64,000 bases of DNA, from positions 32,001 through 96,000 of the forward strand of contig CAVVCZ010000004.1 in NCBI GenBank assembly GCA_963746845.1, in the 5' to 3' direction. Of this stretch, positions 37,670-46,061 are shown one piece after another. Below the pieces are notes generated by a model, which was given only the letters and a program-made list of their open reading frames with translations, had not been told where the DNA came from and ran no database searches. The position numbers and the translations under genes were made by a program. Source of the DNA: an uncultured Chloroflexia bacterium (GTDB lineage Bacteria; Chloroflexota; Limnocylindria; Limnocylindrales; CSP1-4). The number at the start of each line of letters is the position of its first letter. The first letter of the stretch is position 1.

Positions 37670-40351
37670 ATGTCGTTCGACGAATTCAAGCATCAGCTCC
37701 CCGACATCGACCCGGCCGAGACCCAGGAGTGGCTCGACTCGTTCGACCAGCTCGTCGGCCAGGAGGGCGAGAGCCGCGCCCGGTTCCTCGTCTACAAGCT
37801 GCTGAAGCGCGCGCGCCAGCTCCACGTCGGGCTGCCGCCGCTCACCCAGACCCGGTACATCAACACGATCAGCCCGGAGCAGGAGCCGTTCTTCCCGGGC
37901 GACGAGGAGATCGAGCTCCGGATCCGGCGGATCATCCGCTGGAACGCGGTCGCGATGGTCCTCCGCGCGAACAACCAGTTCACGGGGATCGGCGGACACC
38001 TCGCGACGTATGCCTCGGCGGCGAGCCTCTACGAGGTCGGGTTCAACCACTTCTTCCGGGGCAAGGACGACGGCCACTCCGGCGACCAGGTCTTCTACCA
38101 GGGCCACGCGGCTCCGGGGATCTACGCCCGGGCGTTCCTCGAGGGGCGCCTGACCGAGGACCAGCTCGACCACTTCCGACGCGAGACCGTCCCCGGCCAG
38201 GGCCTCAGCTCGTACCCCCATCCGCGGCTGATGCCGGACTTCTGGGAGTTCCCGACCGTCTCGATGGGCCTCGGCCCGATCAGTGCGATCTACCAGGCGC
38301 GCTACAACCGGTACCTCCAGAACCGGGGCCTGCTCGATACGTCCGGCTCGCGGGTGTGGGCATTCCTCGGCGACGGCGAGAGCGACGAGCCGGAGTCGCT
38401 CGGCGCGCTCCACGTCGCGGCCCGCGAGGGCCTCGACAACCTCACGTTCGTCGTCAACTGCAACCTTCAGCGGCTCGACGGCCCCGTCCGGGGCAACGGC
38501 AAGATCATCCAGGAGCTCGAGGCCGTCTTCCGCGGCTCCGGCTGGAACGTCATCAAGGTGATCTGGTCCCGCGAGTGGGACGACCTCCTCGCCCGGGACG
38601 TCGACGGCGTCCTCGTCGAGAAGATGAACAACACCCTCGACGGCGAGTTCCAGAAGTACTCGGTCGCCGGCGGCGCCTACATCCGCGAGCACTTCTTCGG
38701 GCCGGATCCGCGGCTCCGCAGGCTCGTCGAGCACCTCTCGGATGACGACATCGCGAAGCTCCGCCGCGGCGGTCACGACTACCGCAAGGTGTACGCCGCC
38801 TACAAGCAGGCGACCGAGTGGACCGGCGCGCCGACGGTGATCCTCGCCCACACGGTGAAGGGCTGGACGCTCGGGCCCGGCGTCGAGGCGCGGAACATCA
38901 CCCACCAGGCGAAGAAGCTGTCCGAGGCGGAGCTGAAGATCTTCCGCGACCGGATCGAGCTGCCGATCCCCGATGCGAAGATCAAGGACGCGCCGTACTA
39001 CCACCCGGGCCCGAACTCGGAGGAGGTCAAGTACCTCCACGAGCGCCGGCGCGCGCTCGGCGGCTTCGTCCCGCGCCGGACCGTGCGCAAGGCGCCGCTG
39101 CCGAAGCCGCCCGCGGCGATCGACGCGGAGTTCGCCGCCGGCTCGGACACCGCCGTCTCCACGACGATGGTCTTCACCCGGATCCTGCGGAACCTGATCC
39201 GCGACAAGGACCTCGGACCGCGGATCGTCCCGATCATCCCCGACGAGGCGCGGACCTTCGGCATGGATCCGCTGTTCAAGGAAGTCGGGATCTACGCCGC
39301 CCTCGGCCAGCGCTACGAGCCGGTCGACTCGGACCTGGTGCTGTCGTACCGCGAGGCGGTCGATGGCCAGGTGCTCGAAGAGGGGATCACCGAGGCCGGC
39401 TCGATGGCCTCGCTCCAGGCTGCGGCGACCTCGTACGCGAGCCACGGCTTCCCGATGATCCCGTTCTACATCTTCTACTCGATGTTCGGGTTCCAGCGGA
39501 CCGGCGACCAGATCTGGGCGCTGGCCGACGCCCGCGGCCGCGGGTTCATGATGGGCGCGACGGCCGGCCGCACGACGCTGACCGGCGAGGGCCTCCAGCA
39601 CGACGACGGCCACTCGCACATCCTCGCCTCGACGATCCCGAACATCCGCGCCTACGACCCGGCGTTCGCCTACGAGCTGGCGGCGGTCGTCCGCGACGGC
39701 ATCGAGCGGATGTACCACGAGGGCCAGGACGTCTTCTACTACGTCACGCTCTACAACGAGAACTACGCCCAGCCGAAGAAGCCGGAGGGCGTCGACGAGG
39801 GCCTGATCCGCGGCATCTACCGCTTCGCCGAGGCGCCCGATCTCGGGCCGAAGGCGCACCGGGCGCGGCTGGTCGGGTCGGGCTCGATCCTCCAGCAGGT
39901 GATCGCGGCCCGGGATCTGCTGGCGGAGCAGGCCGGGATCGCGGCCGAGATCTACTCGGCGCCGTCGTTCCCGCTCCTGCGCCGCGACGCGCTCGAGACG
40001 GAGCGGTTCAACCGGCTCAACCCGAAGGCGACCCCGAAAGTGCCGTACGTGTCGACGGTCCTCGGCGCCGACGGCGGGCCGATCGTCGTGGCGACCGACT
40101 GGATGAAGGCCCTGCCCGACATGGTCGCCCGGTGGCTGCCGCCCTATTACGTATCGCTCGGGACGGACGGCTTCGGCCGATCCGATACGCGCGACGCCCT
40201 GCGGAGGCTGTTCGAGATCGACCCGCCGCACATCGCGGCCGCGGCGATCAGCGAGCTGGTCCGGTGCGGCGCGATGCCGGCCACGCAGGGCGCCCGGGCG
40301 ATCGGCGAGCTGGGCGTCGACCCGAAGAAGCTGGACCCGGCCGCGCTCTGA
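37670..40351 (+). CDS. aceE: Pyruvate dehydrogenase E1, homodimeric type
   Basis: DIDPAETQEW, YINTI, GDGESDEPES, NCNLQRLDGPV, GEGLQH, LGTDGFGRSDTR. Confidence 0.97.
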   Translation: MSFDEFKHQLPDIDPAETQEWLDSFDQLVGQEGESRARFLVYKLLKRARQLHVGLPPLTQTRYINTISPEQEPFFPGDEEIELRIRRIIRWNAVAMVLRANNQFTGIGGHLATYASAASLYEVGFNHFFRGKDDGHSGDQVFYQGHAAPGIYARAFLEGRLTEDQLDHFRRETVPGQGLSSYPHPRLMPDFWEFPTVSMGLGPISAIYQARYNRYLQNRGLLDTSGSRVWAFLGDGESDEPESLGALHVAAREGLDNLTFVVNCNLQRLDGPVRGNGKIIQELEAVFRGSGWNVIKVIWSREWDDLLARDVDGVLVEKMNNTLDGEFQKYSVAGGAYIREHFFGPDPRLRRLVEHLSDDDIAKLRRGGHDYRKVYAAYKQATEWTGAPTVILAHTVKGWTLGPGVEARNITHQAKKLSEAELKIFRDRIELPIPDAKIKDAPYYHPGPNSEEVKYLHERRRALGGFVPRRTVRKAPLPKPPAAIDAEFAAGSDTAVSTTMVFTRILRNLIRDKDLGPRIVPIIPDEARTFGMDPLFKEVGIYAALGQRYEPVDSDLVLSYREAVDGQVLEEGITEAGSMASLQAAATSYASHGFPMIPFYIFYSMFGFQRTGDQIWALADARGRGFMMGATAGRTTLTGEGLQHDDGHSHILASTIPNIRAYDPAFAYELAAVVRDGIERMYHEGQDVFYYVTLYNENYAQPKKPEGVDEGLIRGIYRFAEAPDLGPKAHRARLVGSGSILQQVIAARDLLAEQAGIAAEIYSAPSFPLLRRDALETERFNRLNPKATPKVPYVSTVLGADGGPIVVATDWMKALPDMVARWLPPYYVSLGTDGFGRSDTRDALRRLFEIDPPHIAAAAISELVRCGAMPATQGARAIGELGVDPKKLDPAAL

Positions 40352-40379
40352 GTCCGGCCGCGCTCTGAGTCCGGCCGCG
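40337..40379 (+). repeat. 17-bp tandem repeat (CCGGCCGCGCTCTGAGT x2.5) including the aceE stop codon
   Basis: Copies at 40337-40353 and 40354-40370, plus a partial third. Confidence 0.85.
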
Positions 40380-40408
40380 GTCGTCGGGTCCCGGGCCGGT
40401 CCGAACCT

Positions 40409-40652
40409 GCCAGATCGACGCGGGACGTCGACTAGCCGATGTGACGGCCCGATTCGGTGCCAGATCGTCGCTGGGTGTCGACGAGGCGCCGTCGACGGCC
40501 GATCTGCGGCCGATCTGCTGATCCGTTGAGCGTGGAGAGGCCGCCCCATGGCGCGAATCGGCCGTTCGATCGCGCCAAGTCGACACCGGGTGGGAATTTG
40601 TCAGGCAATTCAGGCGAAACGGCCGCTAGTCGACACCTGGCGGGAATCTGGC
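40409..40652. repeat. BIME/REP-like composite: two direct and two inverted ~28-bp units
   Basis: GCCAGAT..GTCGAC units at 40409 and 40459, inverted at 40575 and 40625 (50-bp period); between convergent aceE and TetR. Confidence 0.7.
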
Positions 40653-40702
40653 GGGCTCTGAGAGCGGCGCGACGTGCGCCGCTGCCGCGGTCGAGAAGCG
40701 GG

Positions 40703-41305
40703 TCAGCGGCGTCCCTTCGACGCGGCCCGCGCTTCGAGCCACGGCACCGTGACCTCGACGCAGAGATCGGCGGCCTTCCGGCTCGACAGGCCACGCGCGC
40801 GCAGGGCGAAGAACGCCGGCGGTCCGATCACCGCGGCGATGAGGGCCAGGGCCGTCTTGTCGTGCTTCAGCGGCCCGAGCGCATGGCGCATCAGGTCGTC
40901 GACGTCGCGGTAGTAGCTGTCGACGCCGCCTGACCACGCCTCGACGAGGTACGGCTCCTGCCGGTACAGCCCCCAGGCGGTCGCGCTCCGCTCGTAGAAC
41001 GCCGCCAGCTCCGTGGCCAGGCGGGCGATCCGCTCGGCGATCCCGTCGGCGCCGTCGAAGATCGCAGGGGTCGGCGGGCGCAGCTCGGCGAGGACCTCGT
41101 CGAAGACGGCGTTGGCGAGCTCCTGAGGGTCGGGGAAGTGGTTGCGGACGGTCGCCGGCGCGACGTCCGCCTCCCTGGCGATCGCGAGGTTCGACGCCGC
41201 GGCGACGCCCCGATCGCGATACACGCGCGCAGCCGCGGCCACGATCCGGGCCCGTGTCTCGTTCTTCGGCTCCGTGCGCTTCCCGAGCGCGTAGGGACGA
41301 GGCAA
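40703..41305 (-). CDS. TetR/AcrR family regulator
   Basis: TRARIVAAA..IAREADVAPATVRNHFP. Confidence 0.9.
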   Translation of the reverse strand: MPRPYALGKRTEPKNETRARIVAAAARVYRDRGVAAASNLAIAREADVAPATVRNHFPDPQELANAVFDEVLAELRPPTPAIFDGADGIAERIARLATELAAFYERSATAWGLYRQEPYLVEAWSGGVDSYYRDVDDLMRHALGPLKHDKTALALIAAVIGPPAFFALRARGLSSRKAADLCVEVTVPWLEARAASKGRR

Positions 41306-41323
41306 TGGATCGTCTCCGAACTA

Positions 41324-41353
41324 TTGACTACCAGTGTCAGCTAAATGTAACAT
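41324..41353 (+). promoter_or_regulatory. Divergent promoter and probable TetR operator
   Basis: TTGACT-18-TAACAT overlapping a TGAC-N7-GTCA inverted repeat in the AT-rich spacer. Confidence 0.5.
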
Positions 41354-41386
41354 CGGGGCGTCTCGTCGCCGCATCGGGTGGGAATC

Positions 41387-41884
41387 ATGGACTGGATGGT
41401 CGTGGTCGTGCAGTGGCTCCACGTGCTGCTCGGCATCCTCTGGTTCGGCAACGCGCTCGCCCTCGCGGTCATCGTGATCCCGGCGCTGAACCGACTTCCG
41501 ATGACCCGCCAGCGGGAGATCGGCAGCGCCATCGGCCTCCGGTCGAACCGGATCTTCCAGGTCGTCGTCCCGCTGATCATCGTCCTCGGGATCGTCCGCG
41601 GCACGGCTCTCGGGCCGATCCGGAGCGTCGACGTCCTGCTCGGGACCGCCTACGGCCTGACCTGGCTGGTCGCGCTCGTGGTGACGACGCTGACCTATCT
41701 CTGGGGCCTGTTCGTCATCGTCCCGGGCGTCGCCGCGCTGGAGCGCGCGCCGCTGAACGCCGACGGGACGGCGACGTCCGAGCTCGTGTCGGCGACGGAA
41801 CGTGTCAAGCAGCTGGTCCTCCTCGAGCTGTTCGGGTTCCTGGCGATCTTCACGTGCATGATCCTGATGCGCTTCGGGCTGTGA
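41387..41884 (+). CDS. Membrane protein (DUF2269-like)
   Basis: WLHVLLGILWFG N-terminus; 4 TM; ends CMILMRFGL. Confidence 0.7.
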   Translation: MDWMVVVVQWLHVLLGILWFGNALALAVIVIPALNRLPMTRQREIGSAIGLRSNRIFQVVVPLIIVLGIVRGTALGPIRSVDVLLGTAYGLTWLVALVVTTLTYLWGLFVIVPGVAALERAPLNADGTATSELVSATERVKQLVLLELFGFLAIFTCMILMRFGL

Positions 41885-41885
41885 G

Positions 41886-42449
41886 ATGACCTTGGCGATC
41901 CACTGGGCCGGGGCCGCGCTGATCGCGGGCTCGGTCGCCCTCACGGCGGCCATCGTGCTCGTCTCGGTCCGGCCGGTGATCGCCCCGTCACTCTCGCCCG
42001 TCGTTGCCGCGATCCTCCTCCTGGCCGCCGCACTCCTCATCCCGTCACTGCCCGCGATGTACGCCGTGCAGGCGGATCGTGCCGGCACCATCGGGCTCGT
42101 CGGCCACGTCCTCCTGACGACGGGCCTGCTGCTGCTTGTGCTCGTGGCGGCGACGCCGCTGCTCCATCCATCGGTCGACGCGCGCATGGGCGAGGGCCCG
42201 CTCGTCTTCGGCCTGGGCATCGCGCTCACGCTCGGCCTGCTGATCACGGGGATCGCCACGTTCCAGGCCGAGGTCCTGCCGCGTCCGGCCGCGGTGCTGC
42301 TGCTGGCGGCGACGGCGGGGTTCTTCTTCGTGTTCTTCGTCGCCGAGTTCCTGCCGCCGGCCTTCGGGCAGGTCGGCACGGCCGCGTTCGGCGTCCTCCT
42401 GGGGCTCGGGCTCGCCTGGATCGGGCTGGCGCTGTGGGGACGGACGTGA
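41886..42449 (+). CDS. Hypothetical membrane protein
   Basis: Highly hydrophobic; operonic with neighbours. Confidence 0.7.
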   Translation: MTLAIHWAGAALIAGSVALTAAIVLVSVRPVIAPSLSPVVAAILLLAAALLIPSLPAMYAVQADRAGTIGLVGHVLLTTGLLLLVLVAATPLLHPSVDARMGEGPLVFGLGIALTLGLLITGIATFQAEVLPRPAAVLLLAATAGFFFVFFVAEFLPPAFGQVGTAAFGVLLGLGLAWIGLALWGRT

Positions 42450-42451
42450 CG

Positions 42452-42865
42452 ATGTCGATGCGCTCACGCCCATCGCCGGCAGTCCGGATCGCGGCGCTGT
42501 CGTTCATCGGCGACGCCGGCTTCGGGATCGCGATGCCGCTGTCCCTCGCCCACCGCGCCCGTACCGGTCGTCTGCCGATGACCCCGTGGGGCTTCCGGGC
42601 GTTCGAGGGTGGCCCGTTCGACCGACTCGATCCGACGATGTTCGCGGCGCTCGGCTGGACGCTCGTGGGGGTCTGCACGGCGGATGTCGTCGCGGGGATC
42701 TGGCTGTGGCGCGGGGAGCGGCGGGGCGCGCTGCTCGGCCTGGCGATGACGCCGCCGGCGCTCATCCTCGCCTCGGGCTACCTGCTGCCGCTCATGCTGA
42801 TCCCGGCGCCGATCCGGGCCGGGATTCTGATCGCCGGCTGGCGGACGTTGCGTTCGACGCCTTGA
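42452..42865 (+). CDS. Hypothetical membrane protein
   Basis: Hydrophobic; LPMTPWGFRAFEGGPF loop; operonic. Confidence 0.65.
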   Translation: MSMRSRPSPAVRIAALSFIGDAGFGIAMPLSLAHRARTGRLPMTPWGFRAFEGGPFDRLDPTMFAALGWTLVGVCTADVVAGIWLWRGERRGALLGLAMTPPALILASGYLLPLMLIPAPIRAGILIAGWRTLRSTP

Positions 42866-42932
42866 TCCGGCGCCCGGCCTGAACCTGTGCGAGGGACTCG
42901 CGGAGCGGCCGGACCTGTTTCACTGAGCGGCG

Positions 42933-43436
42933 ATGGACCTGCTTCTCCAGCAGATCGGCGACGCGTTCGCGGGCTTCGCGGCGCAACCCGTCGTCCGGCT
43001 GATCCTGATCGTGGCCCTCGGCTACCTCGTCGCGGTCTGGCTGGCCTCGGCGCTGTGGGCGTTCGTCGACATGCGTCGCCGGACGGACAACCCCGTCGCT
43101 CCCTACGCGTCGGCGGGGATCGTCATCCTCGCGTCGCCCCTGTTCTTCCCGTTCGCGCTCCTCCTGCACGTGGCCGTCCGGCCGCGGACCACCGTCACCG
43201 AGGCCCGCCTGACCCAGCTGAACGACGCCGCGCTCGAGGCGGAGGTCGATGTCCCGAGGTGCCCGACCTGCCGCAAGCCGGTCGAGTCCGACTGGCTGAT
43301 CTGTCCGCACTGCCGGGCGACCCTCGGCCACCGCTGCGACCGATGCGGCCGGGCCGTCGAGGTCGATTGGGATGCCTGCGCGTGGTGTGGGGCGTCGTTC
43401 GAGCCGCCGACGGGCCTGGTCCAGACCGATCGCTGA
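42933..43436 (+). CDS. Membrane-anchored double zinc ribbon protein
   Basis: Two TM segments then CPTC, CPHC, CDRC, CAWC. Confidence 0.85.
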   Translation: MDLLLQQIGDAFAGFAAQPVVRLILIVALGYLVAVWLASALWAFVDMRRRTDNPVAPYASAGIVILASPLFFPFALLLHVAVRPRTTVTEARLTQLNDAALEAEVDVPRCPTCRKPVESDWLICPHCRATLGHRCDRCGRAVEVDWDACAWCGASFEPPTGLVQTDR

Positions 43437-43520
43437 GCGAACAGGTCGGCCGACGGGTCGGCCGGCAGCGCCCGGCCCCGCGGGACGAGCCCACGGGGGC
43501 CGGGCAGGAGAACGAGACGG

Positions 43521-43739
43521 TCAGGCCGGTCGCCGCTCGGTCTGCTCCTTGACGTGGCTCGCGTCACGGCGGAGCTCGTCACCCGCGTTGCCGATGGCGT
43601 CGCGAACGTCGTCGCCGGCGTTCGCGACCTTGTCCGAGACGCTCTCGTCGCCGTCGACCTTGCGCCAGGTCTCCTTGGCCTTGTTATCGACCTTGCGCAC
43701 GGTCTCCTTGGCGTCGGCCTTCAGGTCGTCGTAGGTCAT
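43521..43739 (-). CDS. Small hydrophilic stress protein (CsbD/LEA-like)
   Basis: Repeated AKET(V/W)RKVD and NAGD(D/E)(V/L)R units; RBS GGAGG. Confidence 0.7.
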   Translation of the reverse strand: MTYDDLKADAKETVRKVDNKAKETWRKVDGDESVSDKVANAGDDVRDAIGNAGDELRRDASHVKEQTERRPA

Positions 43740-44029
43740 CGTCGGGTCCTCCAGGCATCGGCCGAGGGGTTCGGCCCTGGTCTCGACCGTAGACGCCGGG
43801 ACGTTGCCGGAGGCCTTCGCGGGCGCGAGAGCGGGTGTCAGCCCGGTTGCAGTCGGCGCCCGGGTAGGGGATCGTGACGGGTGCCGGCGAACCGGCTGTC
43901 GTGCGTCTGCAACCGGGGTCGCTCATCTCGCACTCCCGCCGGCGCACGAGGGACCGTACAGTCGGGCGCATCGGATCCACCGTCGATCGGTGGGGCGTGC
44001 CTGACCGCAACTCAACGGAGGAATGAACC

Positions 44030-44461
44030 ATGGCAACCACCACTCGCGTCGACGACGCCATCAACGGCACCGCAGAGCTGGCCTCGTCGGCCAAGGACAC
44101 CGCGAAGGACGTGATCGACGACGCGGCGGACGCGGCCGCGGACGCCGGATCGACCGTCGCCGACCGGGCGTCCGCCGTCGCCGAGGCGGTGTCCGAGAAG
44201 GCCTCGGCCGTGGCCGCTCGTCTGCCCGACGCCGCGAACGCGGCCGGCGCCCAGGTCGGTCGGGCCGGCGAGATCATCCGGGGCGAATCGGACGAGGTCC
44301 TCGCGGTGGGGACATCCCTGTCCCTCGGGTTCGCGCTGGGCCTGCTGCTCGGTGGGGCGAACCGGCTGCTCGTGATCCTCGCCCTGGTCCCGGCGACGGC
44401 GATGGGCTACACCCTGTTCGACCGGCACAACGGCGGGACGCGCGCGACGCGCAAGGGCTGA
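44030..44461 (+). CDS. LEA/ElaB-like Ala-rich protein with C-terminal TM segments
   Basis: Ala/Asp repeats then hydrophobic tail; RBS GGAGG. Confidence 0.7.
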   Translation: MATTTRVDDAINGTAELASSAKDTAKDVIDDAADAAADAGSTVADRASAVAEAVSEKASAVAARLPDAANAAGAQVGRAGEIIRGESDEVLAVGTSLSLGFALGLLLGGANRLLVILALVPATAMGYTLFDRHNGGTRATRKG

Positions 44462-44510
44462 GCTCGACCCGAACGCACGGTCTGATCCGGCCGACGACCC
44501 CCGGACAGGC

Positions 44511-44626
44511 GAAACGCCCGGAGGAGGGGGCTCCGGGCGCTCCGCGGGATCGGGGGTGAAGACGCCCCGTCACAAGCGTCTTCACTCGGTTGTGGTCGGT
44601 TCCCGATCGACGTCCACGTCGATCGC
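44511..44626 (-). ncRNA. Candidate three-hairpin small RNA
   Basis: TACGAT -10 at 44638-44633; stems 44604-44625, 44556-44585, 44515-44539, then TTTC. Confidence 0.4.
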
Positions 44627-44913
44627 GCGTTGATCGTAGACACCGGTCCGTCCCGCCCGTCTGCCACGCGAGGGGTCGGACATTGCAACGGCATAACAGC
44701 CGCGAGGTCGCGCTGCCCGATCCACGCGGGGGGCGTGGCGGCGCGCAGGTCGGCGAGGGACCGGACGCGAGACGATCGAAACGCGGGCTCCCGGACCCCC
44801 AGTGGTCGAGAGCCCGCCTCCCCAGTCTTCGGGCCGGTCGGTGACGGGAGCGTCAACCGGGGGACCGTCGAGGTTGCAGGCGCCCGACGCCCGGCCGGTC
44901 CCTCGGTCGTGGC

Positions 44914-45268
44914 TCAGCCCATCGCGTCGTCGGTGAGGATCCGCCAGGACGGCGTCGCGCAGGTCCCGAGCGGTCGCGTCGCAGCGGGTCGGGTGCTGCC
45001 CGTCGTCGCGCGGACCGATCAGGATCGTGCGCAGGCCCGGCTGACGATCGCGGCAGGTCGCCGGGTCGGCGGTGAGGTACCAGCCCGTGGCCGTCGGAGC
45101 ATCGGGCAGCGCCGGGACGTGACCGCTCCATGCGGCGCGGGCGGCCGCCGTGTGGTCCGGCGGGCCGACGAGGACGAGCTCCCGGCCGCTCTCCACGAGA
45201 TGGGCCAGGCGGTCGTCGAGGTCGGATTCGAGGGCCGCCACCGAGCCGTCGACGTAGATCGTGTCCAT
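44914..45268 (-). CDS. Small hypothetical protein (HAD-like fragment), apparent +1 frameshift at ~44941
   Basis: Leaderless ATG after TACAGT; GLRTILIGP..CD..ARDLRDAVL; deleting one G gives AILTDDAMG*. Confidence 0.6.
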
Positions 45269-45342
45269 TCGCTCGACTGTACCGCCCGTGGGTTCGGCCG
45301 GTCGTGCATGGTCGGCCGGCTGCCTTGCAGCCGACCAGCAAA

Positions 45343-45375
45343 CGAAGACGCCCACCGGGATCGGTGGGCGCTTCG
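45343..45375 (-). terminator. Intrinsic terminator after the GlsB/YeaQ gene
   Basis: Minus strand CGCCCACCG-ATCC-CGGTGGGCG-TCTTCGTTT. Confidence 0.65.
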
Positions 45376-45414
45376 CCGGGCAGGTGACGCGGAGCGGTGC
45401 TCCGCCGGGTGGGT

Positions 45415-45696
45415 CTAGATGGCGCCGCGGCCGGTGCGGCTGCGTCCGGTGACGGCGTTCACGACGACGACCACGAGGACCGCGCCGATCACCGAGACGA
45501 CGATCGAGCTCAGGTCGAACGGACCGTCGATCGGGTGCGAGTTGAACAGGACGCCGGCGAGGAAGCCGCCGACGACCGCGCCGACGATCCCGAGCACGAC
45601 GTGCCCGATCACCCCGAGGCCCTCGTCACCACGGACGAGGAAGCCGGCGAGGTAGCCGGCGATCGCGCCGAGCACGATCCAGGCAATGATGTTCAC
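45415..45696 (-). CDS. GlsB/YeaQ/YmgE (transglycosylase-associated) stress membrane protein
   Basis: IIAWIVLGAIAGYLA..VLGIVGAVVGG..SVIGAVLV. Confidence 0.92.
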   Translation of the reverse strand: MNIIAWIVLGAIAGYLAGFLVRGDEGLGVIGHVVLGIVGAVVGGFLAGVLFNSHPIDGPFDLSSIVVSVIGAVLVVVVVNAVTGRSRTGRGAI

Positions 45697-45734
45697 GAGA
45701 TCTTGACTCCATTCAGCGAGTGACGACCGTCAGG

Positions 45735-45911
45735 TCAGGACGCGCTCGGCGCGGCCTCGGACGGGGCCGCCTGCGACGGGGCCTCGACCGACGGCGCGGC
45801 CTCGGACGGCGTCACGATCGACGGGGACGGGCTCGCGGCGGGGCTGCAGGCGACGGCTGCGCCGCCCATCGTGGCCGCGAGGGCAAGGGCAAGCAGGATG
45901 CGCTTCATCAT
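45735..45911 (-). CDS. 58-aa Ser/Pro/Ala-rich lipoprotein (not in ORF track)
   Basis: MMKRILLALALAATMGGAAVA-CSPAASPSPSIVTPSEAAPSVEAPSQAAPSEAAPSAS*; lipobox AVAC; GGAGG upstream. Confidence 0.75.
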   Translation of the reverse strand: MMKRILLALALAATMGGAAVACSPAASPSPSIVTPSEAAPSVEAPSQAAPSEAAPSAS

Positions 45912-46061
45912 CTGGGGAGTTCCTCCGATTTGCCAGGGCGACGGCGGATCCGTCGCCGCGGGTGGCCGGGGTGACCACGTCGGACGACCGTAGTCACGAC
46001 GGCCGAACGCCCGCCCGTTCGAGTCGCGACCGAATCGTTGCAGTCGCCTCGCAGACCGGTC

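Noticed and set aside
40409-40652. Possible CRISPR array
   Set aside because: Only four degenerate units, half of them inverted; no cas genes or leader
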